In this document: piece by piece, positions 60,404 to 64,000 of the stretch | Layout: every line of letters begins with the position of its first letter | How positions within the stretch are numbered: the first letter of the stretch is position 1 | Assembly (NCBI GenBank): GCA_965214705.1 | Contig: CBDCCI010000002.1 | Location: 704,001-768,000, forward strand | Length of the DNA: 64,000 bases | Reading direction: 5' to 3' | Source: Alphaproteobacteria bacterium | Lineage (GTDB): Bacteria; Pseudomonadota; Alphaproteobacteria; UBA828 | Notes under the pieces: generated by a model | Seen by the model: only the letters and a program-made list of their open reading frames with translations | The model's database searches: none | Told to the model about the DNA's origin: nothing | Made by a program: the position numbers and the translations under genes

Positions 60404-62563
60404 CCCAAGTTGGCACTTTTTCCGGTTGCTCAATGCCGGTCTGCCCATATTTTGCGGACCGAAGTACCACATATTGGGGTAGCTCCGAGATGATGCCACT
60501 ATATGTGTAATTGAGGCGCTGGAAGCGCGTTGTAGTGCCAGGATTTGTTAGGTATTGACGATTTTCCCTTGACCCCAGACCCCAAGCCGACAAATCTTGG
60601 CCCCTCGCAACAATCTCGCGACGGGCGACATGTTCATCAGGGCAACCAAGACCCACACCACCGACGGCAAGCCCGTCCGAAGCCATCGCCTCGTGCTCTC
60701 CCAGCGCATCGGCGACAAGGTCAGGCAGCGCACGCTCCTCAACCTCGGCACCGACTATCCGGTGCCGAAGGAGAAATGGCGCGAAGTGGCCGAACTCGCC
60801 GAGGCGCTGCTGCACGGCCGCCCGCCGCTGCTCCAAGCCGTCCCGGACGTGCAGGCCGCAGCCGAGGACATCGTCGCCAAGCTCAGGGCCAGGGGGTTCC
60901 GTGCCGAGGCGATGCAGGAAGAGGCGCGCAAGCCCGAGATCGCCACCGTCGACCTCGATACCCTGGAGCATGAGAACCCGCGCACCGTCGGCTGCGAGCG
61001 CCTGTGCCTCAAGGCCCTCGACGACCTTGGCTTCGCCGAAATCCTCCACGGCCTCGACATCAAGGGCCGCGACGGACGCATCGCCAGCGCGCTGATCGTC
61101 GCCAGGATGGTCCATCCCGCCAGCGAGCGTGATACCAGCCGCTGGCTCCGCCACGACAGCGCGGCCGCCGAGCTCCTGGGCCTGGAGGGCGACCGCAAGG
61201 CGCTGCGGCGCAAGACGCTCTACCGCATCGGCGACCTGCTCTGGCGCCACCGGGCCGCCATCCAGAGGGAACTGTTCAACCGTGAGCGCGCGCTGCTCGA
61301 CCTGCCCGAGACGATCGCCTTCTACGATCTCACCAACGTCCACTACCACGGCCACACCGACGGCGAGCTTCCCAGGTTCGGGCGCTCCAAGCAGAAGCGC
61401 GACGACTGTCCCCTCATCACGCTGGCGCTGGCGCTCGACGGTGCGGGCTTCCCGCGCAGTTGCGAGATCCTGCCCGGCAACGTGAGCGAGCCGGGCACGC
61501 TGCACGAGGCGCTGGCCCGGCTCGAGGCGGTGTGCGGCGGCACGGCGGCGAAGCCCACGGTGGTCATGGACGCGGGCATCGCCACCGAGGAGAACATCGT
61601 CTGGCTGGGCGAGCAGGGCTACGACTGGATCGCGGTCAGCCGCGGTGCCAGGCCTGCGCCGCCCGAGGGCGGACCCGAGGCCCTGCTGATCACCAGCGCG
61701 CGCCACGAGGTGCGGGCCTGGCGGCTTGCCAGCGAGGACGGCGAGGCGCGGCTCTACGTCGTCAGCGAGGGCAAGAAGAAGGCCGAGAACGCGATCATCG
61801 GCCTGAGGCGGAACCGCTTCGAGGCGGCGCTGCAAAGGCTCCACGGCGGCCTTGCGGTCAAGGGCCGCCTCAAGCGCTACGACAAGGTGCTGGAGAGCAT
61901 AGGCCGCCTCAAGCAGCGCTTCTCCGCCGTCGCCAGGCACTACGAGATCACGGTCGAGAAGGCGGACACCGGCCCCAATGCCACCGCCGTGCGCTTCAAG
62001 CGCAGGCCGCGATACGACGAGGCCGATGAGGGCGCGGGCGCCTATGTGCTGCGCACCAGCCACGTCGACTGGGATATCGAGACGGTCCTGCGGACGTACT
62101 GGCGGATCACGGATATCGAGGCGACATTCCGAAGCCTGAAATCCGAACTCGGCCTTCGCCCGATCTGGCACCAGCTCGACCGGCGCATCGCGGCCCACCT
62201 GCTGATCGCCGTGCTGGCCTACCACGCCGTGCATCTGATCCGTACCCGGCTGGCCGCGCGGGACATCCACAAGTGCTGGGCATCGATCCGCGAGAGCATG
62301 CGGACCTGGGTGCGGATCACCACGCGCCTGCGCCAGACCGACGGCACCTTGATCGTCAATCGACAGGACACGCGCCCGGCCGCTGAGGTTGCCGCAATCT
62401 CCTCGGCGGCGGGCGTGGAACCCGCCATCCACCGCACGAGGACCCGCCTGCCGAACTGACAGAATCCAACAAAATGTAGTGCCATGTTGGAACCGGCCGA
62501 GAGAAATATCGCGTTACATCAACACGATAAAGGACATGGGTAGGACAAAAGTGCCAACTTGGG
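60404..62563 (+). mobile_element. IS1634-family insertion sequence (copy 2, 2160 bp)
   Basis: Same 17-bp TIR; GAAA duplication on both sides. Confidence 0.92.
60630..62459 (+). CDS. IS1634-family DDE transposase
   Basis: Near-identical to 33688-35520 except at the N-terminus. Confidence 0.92.
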   Translation: MFIRATKTHTTDGKPVRSHRLVLSQRIGDKVRQRTLLNLGTDYPVPKEKWREVAELAEALLHGRPPLLQAVPDVQAAAEDIVAKLRARGFRAEAMQEEARKPEIATVDLDTLEHENPRTVGCERLCLKALDDLGFAEILHGLDIKGRDGRIASALIVARMVHPASERDTSRWLRHDSAAAELLGLEGDRKALRRKTLYRIGDLLWRHRAAIQRELFNRERALLDLPETIAFYDLTNVHYHGHTDGELPRFGRSKQKRDDCPLITLALALDGAGFPRSCEILPGNVSEPGTLHEALARLEAVCGGTAAKPTVVMDAGIATEENIVWLGEQGYDWIAVSRGARPAPPEGGPEALLITSARHEVRAWRLASEDGEARLYVVSEGKKKAENAIIGLRRNRFEAALQRLHGGLAVKGRLKRYDKVLESIGRLKQRFSAVARHYEITVEKADTGPNATAVRFKRRPRYDEADEGAGAYVLRTSHVDWDIETVLRTYWRITDIEATFRSLKSELGLRPIWHQLDRRIAAHLLIAVLAYHAVHLIRTRLAARDIHKCWASIRESMRTWVRITTRLRQTDGTLIVNRQDTRPAAEVAAISSAAGVEPAIHRTRTRLPN

Positions 62564-63044
62564 GAAAGATGGATCTCTGAGAGCCAGTTGCCCGAGCGCG
62601 GTGCCGTTGGTGCCGGAGACGACGAGGAAGGCCGCAATCTCGGCCCGGAATGCCGGACCGATCTCCGGTTCGTCCATGAAGCGGAGTACCCGGTCGGCGG
62701 TGTCCATCGTCGGCGCAGCCCCCTTGCGGAGGTTCGTAACGAACTCGCCGTGGCCGGCGGCATCCCTGCCGAACTTGGCGTCATTCAGTGACGATCGGCG
62801 GAGAAAGGCCAGGACCAGGTTCCGGAAGTTGGTTTCGAGGCTCGTCACCGGAGCTCCCTTCGGTCCGGCTCCGAACCCGCGCATCGACCGGCAAGAGGCC
62901 GGCCGGCGATGAAGTCTGGGTCGACGCGCATTCCCGAGGATTGTCTGCTCTTCGGTGCCGATAGGCGGTGGCCTGGAGAATCGACCGCTCCCGACGACGA
63001 TGGGTAGGCATCCGGTGAGGATCGCCTTGGCGAATCGGCAGGGC

Positions 63045-63374
63045 TGAGATATCGAGAAGGCGCGTCCGCGAGTCGATGAAGACAAGGTGTTCCTGCGCGT
63101 GCCGGCCCCGCATGTGCCATTCCCCTCTTCGAACGCCGTCACCCACATCGTGTGTCGCGCTCTGAACCGAACCGGCATGCACGACGCCCACCCCCGGGGA
63201 GCCCAGCTCTTCCGGCACTCCACGGCGACCGGCCTGCTGCGGTCCGGGGCCTCGCTGGAAACCGTCGGCACCCTGCTGAGGCATCGGCTGCCGAGTACCA
63301 CCGCGATCTACGCCAAGGTCAATGTCCCCATGCTCCAGGAAGTGGCGCAGCCCTGGGTGGGAGACGCCCGATGA
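63045..63374 (+). pseudogene. RIT-element first recombinase (RitA-like), C-terminal fragment
   Basis: LFRHSTAT.LL..GASLE.VG.LLRH....TTAIYAKV....L..VAQPW. Confidence 0.75.
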
Positions 63375-64000
63375 CCATGATCGACAACGTGGAACGTTAC
63401 ATCACCTTCAAGCACCATCTGGGATACAAGTTCGACCAGGCCGCCCGCATCCTGCGAGCCTTCGCCAACGAGACCGACGCCTCTTGCGATGAGTTGATCC
63501 GCGCCATCGCCGTTATCGACTGGTCCCGGAAGGCAGGCACGGCCGGGCAGGCGCAGATCCGGCTCCGGGTGGTTGCTGACTTCGCCGCTTGGCTGCACGC
63601 GGAAGACCAACGCCACGAAGTTCCATCGCGAGATGCCCTCGGCCGAGTGCCGGTGCGAAGATCCTCCCCTCATCTCCTGAGCCTGGGCCAGGTCAAGGAG
63701 ATCATGGACGCAGCGCTGTTGATGAAGAGCACGGGCCCACTCAACCGGTACACCTACCACTACATGATCGGATTGCTCGCCACCACCGGGCTGCGGCTGT
63801 CGGAGGCGCTCGCTCTGAAGCTGAACGACATTACTGCCGACGGGCTGGTGGTCCAGGCTTCGAAGCTCGGAAAATCGAGACTGGTTCCGCTTCATGACAG
63901 CACCAGCAAGGCGCTGGACCGTTATCTCGAAATCAGGATGCGCATGGGCGGCTCCGACGAGCACTTGTTCGTTCTCTCGAGCGGCAAACCCCCGCATCAC
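63371..64000 (+). CDS. RIT-element second tyrosine recombinase (RitB-like), partial
   Basis: ATGA overlap; MTMIDNVERYITFKHHLGYKF..., GLLATTGLRLSEAL, SKLGKSRLVPLH; open at the window edge. Confidence 0.8.
   Translation, partial: MTMIDNVERYITFKHHLGYKFDQAARILRAFANETDASCDELIRAIAVIDWSRKAGTAGQAQIRLRVVADFAAWLHAEDQRHEVPSRDALGRVPVRRSSPHLLSLGQVKEIMDAALLMKSTGPLNRYTYHYMIGLLATTGLRLSEALALKLNDITADGLVVQASKLGKSRLVPLHDSTSKALDRYLEIRMRMGGSDEHLFVLSSGKPPHH

Larger units (their letters stand above)
59965..62848 (-). pseudogene. Paralogous DNA-binding protein interrupted by IS1634 copy 2
   Basis: GTG 62848 ...TADRVLRFM...RDPSF joins VHRLNGGSTPRLDT...GGGPTY. Confidence 0.8.

Overview
GC-rich, proteobacterial-looking accessory DNA with no housekeeping backbone. 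It appears to be a tandem array of islands integrated at a tRNA-Met(CAT). Two 45-bp tRNA 3' halves (9403-9447, 54088-54132) each sit just upstream of a related tyrosine integrase, and a large serine recombinase gene ends inside the second. The left island carries a MOBF relaxase with an R388-like oriT, an HNH/unknown/nucleotidyltransferase operon and an AbiE pair. The ~44.7-kb middle island carries HigBA and the most interesting locus: a tightly coupled operon of a Cys-rich PP-loop (PAPS-reductase-like) enzyme, a cysteine desulfurase, a GHKL ATPase and two unknown proteins, followed by a dGTPase and a convergent GIY-YIG + DGQHR pair. This is a candidate non-canonical DNA sulfur-modification/defence system lacking recognisable dndD/E or sspB/C/E. 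Also present: a 149-bp IS5-type MITE (2 copies), an IS91-type element with its own tyrosine recombinase splitting topB, recQ, and two 2160-bp IS1634 copies. Two nested reciprocal inversions (36989-45685 and 37978-40776) each split two genes that rejoin in frame. An FGE-sulfatase/C-lectin gene has hallmarks of a DGR target, and there are five TA pairs, many gene remnants and the start of a RIT element. All calls are from motif reading by eye; no database searches were run.
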